64,000 nt of DNA from Thermoanaerobaculia bacterium (GTDB lineage Bacteria; Acidobacteriota; Thermoanaerobaculia; UBA5066), in assembly GCA_041482235.1 (NCBI GenBank), contig JBGPDK010000001.1:759-64758 (forward strand), in the 5' to 3' direction. The notes under the pieces are model-generated. The model was given only the letters and a program-made list of their open reading frames with translations. It did no database searches and was not told the origin of the DNA. Position numbers and translations under genes: made by a program. Of this stretch, positions 1-8,707 are shown one piece after another; position 1 is the stretch's first letter, and each line of letters begins with the position of its first letter.

Positions 1-42
1 GCCCCGCCGCCCTGCCTTTCATGGCTCAACTCGTTCATGGGC

Positions 43-70
43 TTGACACAAGCCCCGATTCGGGTATGCT
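43..70 (+). promoter_or_regulatory. sigma70-like promoter (TTGACA, 16-nt spacer, TATGCT) upstream of the small lipoprotein gene
   Basis: TTGACA at 43-48 and TATGCT at 65-70. This would give a ~130-nt 5' UTR containing an imperfect inverted repeat ggaaccatc...gatggtgttcc. Confidence 0.35.
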
Positions 71-205
71 CTGCCGCGAAGCTCGAGGCGGAACCATCCG
101 TCTGTACGGCTGATGGTGTTCCCAAAAAAAACCTCTCAGGTCTGAGTTTTCCTCAGTAGAGGCCGCCAACCACCCGACCGATCAACCAGCAAGGAGCAAA
201 CCGAA

Positions 206-448
206 ATGAAGAAGTTCACGTCCGCCCTCGCCCTCGTCGCCCTCGCGACCTCCCTCGTGGCCTGCAACAAGCCCGAGGAGAAGAAACCCGAAATGAAGAC
301 CGAGGCCCCGAAGGTCGTCGAGGAAACCTCCAAGACGACGTCCACGACGACGACGAGCACCGCCCCCGACGCCGCCACGGCGACCACGGCAACCACCACC
401 ACCACGACGTCCACGACCACGACGACCTCCGCCCCCGCCAAGAAGTAA
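206..448 (+). CDS. small Thr-rich lipoprotein (lipobox LVAC)
   Basis: SD aaggagc lies 7 nt upstream of the ATG. Signal peptide MKKFTSALALVALATSLVAC. The tail is low-complexity T/S-rich. A terminator follows. Confidence 0.55.
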   Translation: MKKFTSALALVALATSLVACNKPEEKKPEMKTEAPKVVEETSKTTSTTTTSTAPDAATATTATTTTTTSTTTTTSAPAKK

Positions 449-473
449 GCGGTTCCCTCGATCCGTTTCGAAT

Positions 474-503
474 CGCCCCGGTGACGCCGGGGCGTTTTTC
501 TTT
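474..503 (+). terminator. Rho-independent terminator
   Basis: 8-bp GC stem cgccccgg/ccggggcg with loop tgacg, followed by TTTTTCTTT. Confidence 0.55.
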
Positions 504-541
504 CCGGCCTCCGCCTTGCACAATGTGCGGCGGAGGCGAAG

Positions 542-1360
542 ATGAAACTCCCGTCACTTGGCGCCGCGGCCCTGCTCGCCGGCCTCGCCGTCGCGCCGGC
601 GTCCGCCCGGGCGGACACGATCTCGTCGACGGACTCGTTTCTTCCGGCCGTGCACATCGTCGGTGCCACCGGCGTCTTCCGCACCGATGTCACGATCTTC
701 AATCCGGATCCCGCCGTCACCGCGGTCGTGGACATCTTCTACGGGGAAGCGGACAGCGACGGGACGGCGCGCCCCGTGTACCACATCCCAGGCAACCTCG
801 GACCGTTGGCTTCGGTGACCCTTCCCGACATCGTACTCTCGACCTTCGCGTTCGAGTCGAGTTCCGGCCTTCTCGAGGTGAAGAGCTCCCCCTTGACGCC
901 GGTGCACGTCACGAGCAACACGTACAACGTGGCGGGCGCCGTGCCGGGCACGTACGGCCAGTTCTCGCCCGGCCAGCCCTTTCGAAATTCCGTCGGGTTC
1001 GACAATTCGATAGCGGGAGATCTCTACGTCACGGGAATTCCCAACGACGAGAACCACCGGACGAACGCCGTCGTCATGAATCCCACCGGGATCCCGCTCG
1101 AGGCCGGCGTGCGCCTTTGGGACGCCTCCGGGATTCCCTTCAAGGTCGTGCTCCTGAGCGTCCCTCCCTATTCGCTCCACCAGCTCAACGACATCTTCCA
1201 TGACGACTTCGCCTCCGCCTCGCCGCCGGAGGGCGGCCCATGGCGACTCAACGTCTTCGTCAACCAGTCGAATGGCGCGCGCGCTCTCTGTTACGCAACG
1301 GTGATTGATCTGCGCACGGGCGATCCCTACCTCCTGACCGGCCAGCTCGCGCGCCCCTGA
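542..1360 (+). CDS. secreted hypothetical protein with Sec signal peptide
   Basis: N-terminus MKLPSLGAAALLAGLAVAPASARA. Amino-acid composition is balanced and GC3 is high. No motif I recognise. It is in the same frame as the downstream HAD gene, separated only by TGA. Confidence 0.65.
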   Translation: MKLPSLGAAALLAGLAVAPASARADTISSTDSFLPAVHIVGATGVFRTDVTIFNPDPAVTAVVDIFYGEADSDGTARPVYHIPGNLGPLASVTLPDIVLSTFAFESSSGLLEVKSSPLTPVHVTSNTYNVAGAVPGTYGQFSPGQPFRNSVGFDNSIAGDLYVTGIPNDENHRTNAVVMNPTGIPLEAGVRLWDASGIPFKVVLLSVPPYSLHQLNDIFHDDFASASPPEGGPWRLNVFVNQSNGARALCYATVIDLRTGDPYLLTGQLARP

Positions 1361-1372
1361 GGAGGCAGCCGG

Positions 1373-2377
1373 CTGCGCACCCTCCTCGTCGACCTCGGAA
1401 ACGTCCTCGTCCGGTTCGATCACGGAATCACGTTGCGCCGGATCGAGGAGGCGACAGGCGTCCCGACAGGGGTTCTGAGCCCACACCTCGTCGGCCCGCT
1501 CGAGCGGGAGTTCGATCTCGGACGGTTGACGGCTCAGGCCTTTTTTCGGGCCGCGGAGAATGCGGCCGGTCTTCCACGCCTCGGCGACGACATCTGGATG
1601 CCGGCGTGGCGCGACATCTTCACCCCGGTTCCCTCCGCTCTCGCCGCCCTGGGTCGTCTCGCTTCCGACGTCACGCCCGTGCTCATCTCGAACACGAACG
1701 CCCTTCACTGGGACGGGGTCCTCGACGTCGCGCCGGAGCTGTCCCGCCTCGTTCCTCTGCGGGCCCTCTCGTTCGAGGTCGGTGCGGCCAAGCCTGAACC
1801 CGCGCACTTTCACGCGGCGCTCGGGCGCGCGGGGGCGCGCCCGAGCGAGACGCTCTACGCCGATGACCGGCTCGATCTCGTCGAAGCGGCGCGGGCGCTG
1901 GGCATCCGCGGCTTCGTCGTGACCGACCCCGACCTCCTCGCCGGCGAGCTTTGGGAACGCGGCTACCTCGCGGCGCCGTCCAGTCTCCCGCAACCCTTGC
2001 CCGCGAGATTCGGCGGCGCCGCTTCACCTCGCTTCAGGTTAGGCCTCCAGAAATTCCGGAAGGGTCGCTTCTTCGAGGCCCACGAGACGTGGGAGCTGCT
2101 GTGGAAGGAGAGCGCGGGCGACGACAAGCTCTTCCTGCAGGCGCTCATCCAGCTCGCCGCGGGCTGCGTCCACATCGGGCGCGGAAATGCGGCACCGGGA
2201 AAGCGACTCCTAGCCGTCGCGAAGGCCAAGCTCGATCGCTTCGGCGATGACGAGGCGGGGGTCGACGTGGATTCCCTGAGAAAGGGGATTGAAGCTGCCC
2301 TCAAGCTGCCGACGGCCGAGCTGCTGCGGGCTAACCTGCGCCGCCTGTTCGCAGGAAGAAGAGAAGATTCTTCTTAG
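1373..2377 (+). CDS. HAD-superfamily hydrolase-like domain fused to a DUF309 domain; probable CTG start
   Basis: The N-terminus RTLLVDLGNVLVRFD is HAD motif I-like. The C-terminus RFFEAHETWELLW...LFLQALIQLAAGCVHIGRGN matches DUF309. No ATG/GTG/TTG lies between the upstream TGA (1358-1360) and the conserved N-terminus. GGAGG at 1361-1365 sits 7 nt before the CTG at 1373. The listed ORF begins at TTG 1433, which would truncate motif I. Confidence 0.6.
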   Translation: MRTLLVDLGNVLVRFDHGITLRRIEEATGVPTGVLSPHLVGPLEREFDLGRLTAQAFFRAAENAAGLPRLGDDIWMPAWRDIFTPVPSALAALGRLASDVTPVLISNTNALHWDGVLDVAPELSRLVPLRALSFEVGAAKPEPAHFHAALGRAGARPSETLYADDRLDLVEAARALGIRGFVVTDPDLLAGELWERGYLAAPSSLPQPLPARFGGAASPRFRLGLQKFRKGRFFEAHETWELLWKESAGDDKLFLQALIQLAAGCVHIGRGNAAPGKRLLAVAKAKLDRFGDDEAGVDVDSLRKGIEAALKLPTAELLRANLRRLFAGRREDSS

Positions 2378-2387
2378 AAGGTAAAGG
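2358..2387. repeat. AT-rich TTCTTAGAAGG-type motif overlapping the stop codon of the HAD/DUF309 gene
   Basis: gaagattcttcTTAGAAGGtaaagg. It forms an inverted pair with the copy at 2438-2476. Confidence 0.5.
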
Positions 2388-2437
2388 CGCCCTGTGGCAC
2401 GCCGAACCTCGCGACGTGGGGCCGTGCGAACTGCGGC

Positions 2438-2476
2438 ACCGAATATTCTCCTTCTAAGAAAATTCTCTTCCCTTCC
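2438..2476. repeat. AT-rich TTCTTAGAAGG-type motif (reverse orientation) overlapping the stop of the tandem GT gene
   Basis: The 19-mer attctccttctaagaaaat at 2445-2463 is identical to 23084-23102. Confidence 0.5.
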
Positions 2477-5018
2477 CCGCCTTCGGCAGGATTCCCGCCG
2501 CGCGCGCCGCGACTTCCGCGATGAGCATGGCGTCCGGCACGCGGCTTTTCGCGGCGTGAAGTCCAGGCAGGCCGGCTCCCAGACGGGTGAGCGCTTCCGC
2601 GACGCGCCCGAGTGCGCCCCGGGGCCGCGACCAGCCCGCCGCCGCCTCCTCGAGCAGATCCCGATACGCCTCCGCGATGCGCTCGGGCCGGCGGGGCACC
2701 GCCCATGCGGCCGCCGCGCACCCGCGCTCGAGCGCGAGGTCCGTCTCGAACGCGAGGCGCTCCATCGCGCGCGCGAGACGCCCGACCTCGTCTCCGCCGA
2801 CCGGGATCTTGTCGGCGAACGACGCGGGCAGCTCGCGGAACCAACCGGTGTCGCTGACGACGAGAGGAAGCCCGAAGCCCGCGAGGCGGCACACGGCATG
2901 GGACGTCTCCCCCATCGTGGGATAACGCAGGTTGACCGCGAACGTCGCCGCGGAGGCCGCGCGCCGGAGGTCTTCCTCGGAAAGATAGCCCCCGAATCTC
3001 ACGTCCGCCTCGAGGCCGTTTTTCCGCACGAAGGATCTCAGCCCGTCGTCCTCGGCGACCGCTCCGCCGATGAAGAAGAAAGGCCGGCGCTCCGTCGGGA
3101 GGGACGCGAGAGCCTCGAGGATCTTCCCGATGCGCTTGGCGGGCGACACGATTCCGAGCGTAATGCCGACAGGCCGGTCGCTCGGAAGGCCGAGCGCGTC
3201 GCGCGCCTCCAGGGGCGGCGTGCGGCGGGCGAGGGCCACGTGCTGCGGGATCGTCACGGCGCGGGTCCCCGGGCTCTCGCGGAGTACAGCGCCGGTCACG
3301 AGCGCTGAGTGGGCCACGACCGCCTCGGCCGATCGGATCACCCCGCCGGACATCGGGAAGGCCCACGGGTCGAGGTCCCACACAGGGACGAGAGAACCGC
3401 GCCGCGTCTCGGCGAACGCCCTTCCCCGCGCGCCGTGCGCCCGTTCGAGCTCGCGCGCGTAGTCCTCGGCGCGGCCGCGCGTGAGGTAAGCCGCCGCGAA
3501 GAGGTGATGGAGAACGAATTCGTGGAGAACCACCACGGCCGGCGTGCGGCGCGCGGGATCGAAAAGCGCCTCGACCGAGGGGGCATGAAGCGGATCGTTC
3601 CCGATCTCGAAGAGCAGCACGTCGTGGCCGGCCCGGAGCGCCTCTTTCGCATCGCCCGGCTCGTAGGAAACGGCGAAGAGAGAAGAATTCTCTGAAAGTG
3701 AAGAGAAAATCTCGGCGTCGTAGTCGGCGATGCCCGAGCGAGTGGGCGGGAACGGACCGATGAAACCGACCGAAAGCCGGGAACCGGTCCGCACCGCACA
3801 CCCACGGCCCTCCGGAATCGCACCGTCGGGGCGCGAACGCGTCTCTTCTTCCACGGCCGCCCCGAGCACCTCCGCGTACGCGCGGGCGACCCGGTCCGGC
3901 CGCCGTTCGGCGCCCCACTCGGCCGCCGCCCGCGACCTTCTGCGGCTGAGGTCTCGATCGAAGGCGAGCCGCGTCATCTCCTCCGCGAGCCGGGCCACCT
4001 CGTCCTCGCCCACCGAGACCTTCGCCGCGAACGAGTCGGGCAGCTCGCGGAACCACCCGGTGTCGGAGACGACGAGCGGCACGCCGTTTCCCGCGAGGCG
4101 GCAGACGGCTCCCGAGGTCTCTCCCATCGTCGGATGGCGGAGATTCACGGCAAAGGTCGCCGCGGAGGCCGCGCGCCAGAAGTCCTCCTCGGAAAGGTAG
4201 CCGCCGAAAGCGACGTCGTCCTCGAGGCCGTGAATCTCCACGAGGCGGTGGAGCGGGTCGTCGCCGCCCACGGCGCCGCCCACGAAGAGGAATGGCCGCG
4301 AGGAGCGAGGCAGCGAGGCAAGCGCCTCAACGATCTTCCCGATGCGCTTGGCCGGAGTCACGACGCCGAGCGTGACCGCGATCGGCCGCCCTTCCGGCAG
4401 GCCGCGCGCGCGACACGCCTCCGCGCGCGGCGTGCGCCGAGCGGGGACCACGTGATGCGGAACGACGGCGGTGCGCGTCAGCGGGCTCTCGTCGAGGACG
4501 GCGTTCCGCACGAACTCCGAATGCGCGAGGACCGCACTTGCCGCGCGGATCACGCCCCCGGACATCGGATACGCCCATGGGTCGAGATCCCACACGGGTT
4601 GCGTTCGCCGGCCGCGGCGCCCGCGCTCGGCGAGCGCCCGGCCGCGCGCCCCGTGCGCCCGTTCGAGCTCGCGCGCGTAGTCGTCCTCGCGCCCGCAAGC
4701 GAGGTACGCTGCCGCAAAGAGATGGTGGAGCACGAAGTCGTGGAGCATGACTACCGCAGGCGTCCGGCGCCGCGGGTCGAGCAGCGCCTCGACCGACGGA
4801 GCGTGAAGCGGGTCGTTGCCGATCTGGAAGAGGAGAACGTCGTGGTGTGCGATTAGGGCGTCAGTAGCCGCCTCCGGTTCATAGGGATGAACAGAGAGGG
4901 AAAGATTCTTGGAAAGGGAAGAGAGGATCTCGGAGTCGTAGTCCGCGATGCCGGAGCGCGTGGGCGGCAGGGGGCCGATGAATCCGACGGAAAGCCGCCG
5001 CGAGGGATCGCCCGTCAC
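2454..5018 (-). CDS. tandem-duplicated GT1/GT4-family glycosyltransferase (two ~425-aa units fused in one frame)
   Basis: Two ~75% identical units, each beginning RLSVGFIGP(L/F)PPTRSGIADYD and ending ...CRLAG(N/F)G(V/L)PLVVSDTGWFRELP (GT group-1 fold). The junction has no stop. A GTG at the start of unit 2 (VRTGSRLSVGF) could act as an internal start. Confidence 0.75.
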   Translation of the reverse strand: MTGDPSRRLSVGFIGPLPPTRSGIADYDSEILSSLSKNLSLSVHPYEPEAATDALIAHHDVLLFQIGNDPLHAPSVEALLDPRRRTPAVVMLHDFVLHHLFAAAYLACGREDDYARELERAHGARGRALAERGRRGRRTQPVWDLDPWAYPMSGGVIRAASAVLAHSEFVRNAVLDESPLTRTAVVPHHVVPARRTPRAEACRARGLPEGRPIAVTLGVVTPAKRIGKIVEALASLPRSSRPFLFVGGAVGGDDPLHRLVEIHGLEDDVAFGGYLSEEDFWRAASAATFAVNLRHPTMGETSGAVCRLAGNGVPLVVSDTGWFRELPDSFAAKVSVGEDEVARLAEEMTRLAFDRDLSRRRSRAAAEWGAERRPDRVARAYAEVLGAAVEEETRSRPDGAIPEGRGCAVRTGSRLSVGFIGPFPPTRSGIADYDAEIFSSLSENSSLFAVSYEPGDAKEALRAGHDVLLFEIGNDPLHAPSVEALFDPARRTPAVVVLHEFVLHHLFAAAYLTRGRAEDYARELERAHGARGRAFAETRRGSLVPVWDLDPWAFPMSGGVIRSAEAVVAHSALVTGAVLRESPGTRAVTIPQHVALARRTPPLEARDALGLPSDRPVGITLGIVSPAKRIGKILEALASLPTERRPFFFIGGAVAEDDGLRSFVRKNGLEADVRFGGYLSEEDLRRAASAATFAVNLRYPTMGETSHAVCRLAGFGLPLVVSDTGWFRELPASFADKIPVGGDEVGRLARAMERLAFETDLALERGCAAAAWAVPRRPERIAEAYRDLLEEAAAGWSRPRGALGRVAEALTRLGAGLPGLHAAKSRVPDAMLIAEVAARAAGILPKAGKGREFS

Positions 5019-6052
5019 CGAATGTCACCGGCTTCGAGGAGAGCCCGCACGGCATTCTCCCAGCGAATCTCTCTGACCCTTTCGAAGCCTCTTTCTCCGA
5101 ATTCCGAAGCCAATCGGTGATTCCCGAGGAGGTCCGCGACCGCGGTCCCGAGGGCGGCGCCGTCCGGCGCGACGACGCGGCCGTTCTCCCCGTCGACGAC
5201 GAACTCCAGCGGCCCGCCCGAATCCGTGCACGTCACGACGGGCTTTTTCGACAGGAACGCCTCGAGCGCGATGTAGCCGTAGTCTTCGTCGGCGGGCGGG
5301 AAGATCACGGCCCCGCAGGTCGCGTAGAGGCCGAGGAGCTCGTCGTCGGACACGCGGCCGGCGAATCGCACCGCGCCGCTGCCCTTCGCCGCCAGAGCCT
5401 CGAGACGAGCGCGGTCCGGCCCTTCTCCCGCGATGACGAGGGAGAATTTCCCCGCCGCCGCTGCTCCGATCGCGAGGTCCACGCGCTTCCAGGGGTCGAG
5501 CCGGCCGGCCACGAGCGCGAAGCCCCGCGAGGACTCGCAACGGTAACGGCCCGCGAGCGGCGGGGGATGGTAGAGAGCCTCCGCCTCGATCCCGTTGAAC
5601 CGCGCGAGCCGGTCGGCCGTGTTTTTCGCGTTCGTGAAGACCTTCCGCGCCTCCATGAGGCCCGTGCGGTCCGCCTCGGCGATCAGCTCGCGCCAGCGCG
5701 TGTCCTCGGGCGAGGAGGTGAAGTCGCTCTGCTCGGTGCCGAAGCGGTCGTAGGCCTGACGGAACTGGTGGATGAGCCAGACGACCTTGTTCTCGTGCCT
5801 CACGAGATAGGACGGGAACTTCATCGGGATCACGAGATCGACGCGCTTTCCGTCCGCCTCCGACACGTCGAGCAGCCGCCACGCCAGGGCGGACGTCAGG
5901 ATCTCCGCGCGCGGGTACCACTTGAACGGAAGCCGCACGAGCTCGGCTTCGTGTCCGAAGGCCTTGAGCTCGCGCACGAGGCCTTCCGCGTGTCGCTCCG
6001 CGCCGCCGAACGCGAACGGCACCTGCGCGGTGCAGACGAGAACGCGCGCCAC
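5015..6052 (-). CDS. glycosyltransferase family 1 (GT4-like)
   Basis: MARVLVCTAQVPFAFGGAERH...GRLDPWKRVDLAI...FPPADEDYGYIALEAFLSKKPVVTCTDSGGPLEFV. 4-nt overlap with the upstream GT. Confidence 0.85.
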   Translation of the reverse strand: MARVLVCTAQVPFAFGGAERHAEGLVRELKAFGHEAELVRLPFKWYPRAEILTSALAWRLLDVSEADGKRVDLVIPMKFPSYLVRHENKVVWLIHQFRQAYDRFGTEQSDFTSSPEDTRWRELIAEADRTGLMEARKVFTNAKNTADRLARFNGIEAEALYHPPPLAGRYRCESSRGFALVAGRLDPWKRVDLAIGAAAAGKFSLVIAGEGPDRARLEALAAKGSGAVRFAGRVSDDELLGLYATCGAVIFPPADEDYGYIALEAFLSKKPVVTCTDSGGPLEFVVDGENGRVVAPDGAALGTAVADLLGNHRLASEFGERGFERVREIRWENAVRALLEAGDIR

Positions 6053-6059
6053 CGAGAGC

Positions 6060-7421
6060 CTACTTCACGCCCGTGACGGCGTAGTCCTGCGGGGCGAAGA
6101 GAAGGCGCGCGATCGGCGCGAAGCGGGGATCGTCCGCGAGGCCTTCAGGCAGGCCTTCCGACTCCGGCACGGGAGAGCGCCAGTCCACGGTGACCTCCCG
6201 AAGCCCGGACGCCGTGAGGAGCTGCGCGAGCGACGGCGCGGGCACCGGCCGCACGTGCGTCAGGTCCATCCAGAACCAGCGCATCGCGTACACCGACTCC
6301 GGGTTCACGGTCTCGAAGAGGAGGCGGCCTTCGGGAGCGAGCTTCCGCACGGCGAGCTCCACGAGGTCGAACAGCGCGGCCGGCGGCAGGTGCTCGATGA
6401 CCTGGAAAGCCGTGATGCCCGCGAGCGAGGCGTCCGGCCGGGCGCTCAGCCACGCGAAGAGGTCGGCGGCGTCGACCGCGAGGCCCTTCTCCTTCGCGCG
6501 CGCCGCCATGACGGGGTTCGCGTCGCAGCCGATCCCCGCCAGGCCTTCCGCCTTCACGGCTTCGAGAAACTCGCCCCGGCCGCAGCCGAGATCGGCCACG
6601 GGACCTTTCGCACCGCGGAACCGCGCGGCGTCCTTCGCCTGGCGCTTGCGGATTTCGGCCTCGCTCCCGCGAAAATGCTCCTCGAAGTCCGCGTAGAGCC
6701 CCGCGCGCAGGGGGTCGTCGGGCCTGACGGCTGAGGAGGCTTGGGTTCCGGTGGTCCCTCCGGTCGGCGCCCGTCCTTCAGAGAGGTTCTGCAAATTGCT
6801 TCGAAGGGAAGACCATTCGAGGCGGAGCATCCGAAGCCCTTCACGAGCATCCTCGAGCTGCTTCTGCTCCTCCCGGCGCGCCGCGGCTTCCTGTTCTCGT
6901 TCGCGGGCCAACGCCTCGAAGCGGCGGTCGCGGTCCTTCTCGAGCGCGTCCAGCCGGCGCTGGCTCGCGAGGAGATCCTGACCCTCCCGATCGAGGCGCA
7001 CGGACAGGTCGGCGACCGCCTGTTCGGCGAAGCGCGCCGCGGCCTCGGGCGCGAGCGCGAGATCGCGCAGGGCAGCCTCCGTCTCGAGGAGCGTTCCGCG
7101 CAGGGCATCGAGGAGGGCAGAGTTGAACGTCGTCTGGTCGCGCGTGACGATTCTGAGGACGCGCAACAGCGCGGCCTTGATCGGCCGCAGCGCGGCGCCG
7201 GCCGGGAGAACGGGCGCCACGAAGCGCTCCGCGTTCTCCAGCATGGCCCGCGGACCCGCATAGGACGGGGCGCCGGGCGAGGATCCGGGCCGGGCCTTGG
7301 CGGCCCCCCCGGGCGCGAGACCCGAAGCGGAGAAAGCCGAGAGCGACGCGATCTGCCCCACGAGCTCGGCGGCCAGGGCCGCGACGTCGCGTTTCGCCGC
7401 GTCCTCAGGCTTTCCGCTCAT
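6060..7421 (-). CDS. class I SAM-dependent methyltransferase with N-terminal coiled-coil
   Basis: Motif I VADLGCGRGEFLE in the C-terminal half. The N-terminal ~230 aa are charged, E/R/A-rich coiled-coil. It sits next to two GTs, the arrangement of O-antigen/polysaccharide chain-modifying methyltransferases. Confidence 0.8.
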   Translation of the reverse strand: MSGKPEDAAKRDVAALAAELVGQIASLSAFSASGLAPGGAAKARPGSSPGAPSYAGPRAMLENAERFVAPVLPAGAALRPIKAALLRVLRIVTRDQTTFNSALLDALRGTLLETEAALRDLALAPEAAARFAEQAVADLSVRLDREGQDLLASQRRLDALEKDRDRRFEALAREREQEAAARREEQKQLEDAREGLRMLRLEWSSLRSNLQNLSEGRAPTGGTTGTQASSAVRPDDPLRAGLYADFEEHFRGSEAEIRKRQAKDAARFRGAKGPVADLGCGRGEFLEAVKAEGLAGIGCDANPVMAARAKEKGLAVDAADLFAWLSARPDASLAGITAFQVIEHLPPAALFDLVELAVRKLAPEGRLLFETVNPESVYAMRWFWMDLTHVRPVPAPSLAQLLTASGLREVTVDWRSPVPESEGLPEGLADDPRFAPIARLLFAPQDYAVTGVK

Positions 7422-7461
7422 GCGTCGCTTATATTAAGCGGGAATGAGCGGAAAGAGTTTC

Positions 7462-7584
7462 ATGGAGAAGCTCAGGAGCACGGCGGCGCGCTACGACTAC
7501 CTGATCCCCTGGCTCGTGCTCTTCCTCGTGCTGGGCGCCACGGCGGGCATCCTTCAGGTCCTCATCGTCAAGCTGCTGCGTTGA
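7462..7584 (+). CDS. small single-TM membrane peptide (40 aa), not in the supplied ORF track
   Basis: MEKLRSTAARYDYLIPWLVLFLVLGATAGILQVLIVKLLR. GC3 is about 95%. It overlaps the 3' end of the AI-2E gene by 17 nt. It is divergent from the methyltransferase gene, with the palindrome CGCTTAtatTAAGCG at 7426-7440 upstream. Confidence 0.45.
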   Translation: MEKLRSTAARYDYLIPWLVLFLVLGATAGILQVLIVKLLR

Positions 7585-8662
7585 CGCGAGCGTCGCGAGC
7601 GAGCGAGCGCAGGACGCGGACGAGCATCAGCCCGACGGCCAGCGCCATCGGCCCGATGAAGACGCCGAGAAGCCCAAAGGCAGGAAGACCGCCGAAGACG
7701 CCGAGGAAGACCATCAAGGTCGACAGTTCCGTGTCCTTGCGACCGATGAGGAGCGGCTTGAGGAAGTTGTCCGCGAATGTCGACGTCACGGTCAGGTTCC
7801 AGAGCAGGAAGAAGATCGCCATTCCCGTGCGCCCCTGGATGAAGAGCACGATGAGACCCGGGAGCCACACGATGGCCGTGCCCCCGATCGGGAGCAGGGA
7901 AAGCACTCCCATCGCGACGCCCGCGAGGATGACCGAAGGGAAGCCCGCGATCGCCCACGCGATCCCGCCCGAGGCGCCCTGCACCACGGCGCACACGAGC
8001 GAGCCCTTGAAGATCGACTCCATCATCCCGCCGAGAGACTGGATGATCCGATGGCGCTCGGCGTCCTCGATCGGGAGGAGGTCGCTGATCGCCTCCGCCA
8101 TGCTCTCACCGTCGACCAGGAGAAAAAAGAGCAGGAAAAGCGTCAGAACGAACGTGAGCACCGCGTCGAGGAAAGACAGCACGACGCCCCCGCTCTTGGC
8201 GGCGAGAAACGCCGAGGCCGTCGTCACAATCTCGGCTCCCTTCACCTGAAGCTCGTCGGACGAAAGGCCGGTATGAAGCTCGAGCCATGCGAGCGCCTTC
8301 CCGACACCGGGCACGGAGATCACATCGGCGAAGGAACGCAGTTCGCGCGCGCGGAGCTTCTCCGCAAGAACCGTGACCGCCGAGGAGGCCTGAGTCACGA
8401 TCGCGGCGCCGAGGAGGACGGAAGGGAGCAGGACGACGAGCCCCGCGCAAATCGAGAAGGCGACCGCCGCCAAGGTCGTGCGCCGGGGGAGGCGCGCCTT
8501 CAGGCGGCGCCAGAGAGGCCAGAGCGCGACGGCGAGGATGACGCCCCACGCGATCGCGGTCAGGAACGGTCTGAGGACGATGAAGCAAAGGACCCCCGCC
8601 CCAAGCAGGAGGGCGACGAAGAACACGAGCGGATATGGGGAGGCTTGCGCGCGCGAGGCCAT
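7568..8662 (-). CDS. AI-2E family transporter (PerM/YhhT-like)
   Basis: The N-terminus MASRAQASPYPLVFFVALLLGAGVL and multiple TM segments fit the AI-2E family. The ORF upstream of M190 is R-rich shadow. Start placed at the ATG 8662. Confidence 0.8.
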   Translation of the reverse strand: MASRAQASPYPLVFFVALLLGAGVLCFIVLRPFLTAIAWGVILAVALWPLWRRLKARLPRRTTLAAVAFSICAGLVVLLPSVLLGAAIVTQASSAVTVLAEKLRARELRSFADVISVPGVGKALAWLELHTGLSSDELQVKGAEIVTTASAFLAAKSGGVVLSFLDAVLTFVLTLFLLFFLLVDGESMAEAISDLLPIEDAERHRIIQSLGGMMESIFKGSLVCAVVQGASGGIAWAIAGFPSVILAGVAMGVLSLLPIGGTAIVWLPGLIVLFIQGRTGMAIFFLLWNLTVTSTFADNFLKPLLIGRKDTELSTLMVFLGVFGGLPAFGLLGVFIGPMALAVGLMLVRVLRSLARDARVNAAA

Positions 8663-8707
8663 CGGATGACCTGGATGATACGAAATGGCTTGGTAGACTG
8701 AAGAGCC

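Noticed and set aside
554-1993. 479-aa minus-strand ORF antisense to the secreted protein and HAD genes
   Set aside because: It is extremely Arg/Pro/Gly/Ala-rich with no motif. It is the typical high-GC shadow of the real plus-strand genes.
2374-4056. 560-aa and other long ORFs (2394-3308, 3730-4200, 4134-4856, etc.) overlapping the tandem GT gene
   Set aside because: They are R/P/G-rich antisense or out-of-frame shadows. Only the 2454..5018 frame shows glycosyltransferase homology.
6741-8249. 502-aa plus-strand ORF spanning the methyltransferase/AI-2E region
   Set aside because: It has low-complexity R/S/G-rich composition and is antisense to two well-supported genes.
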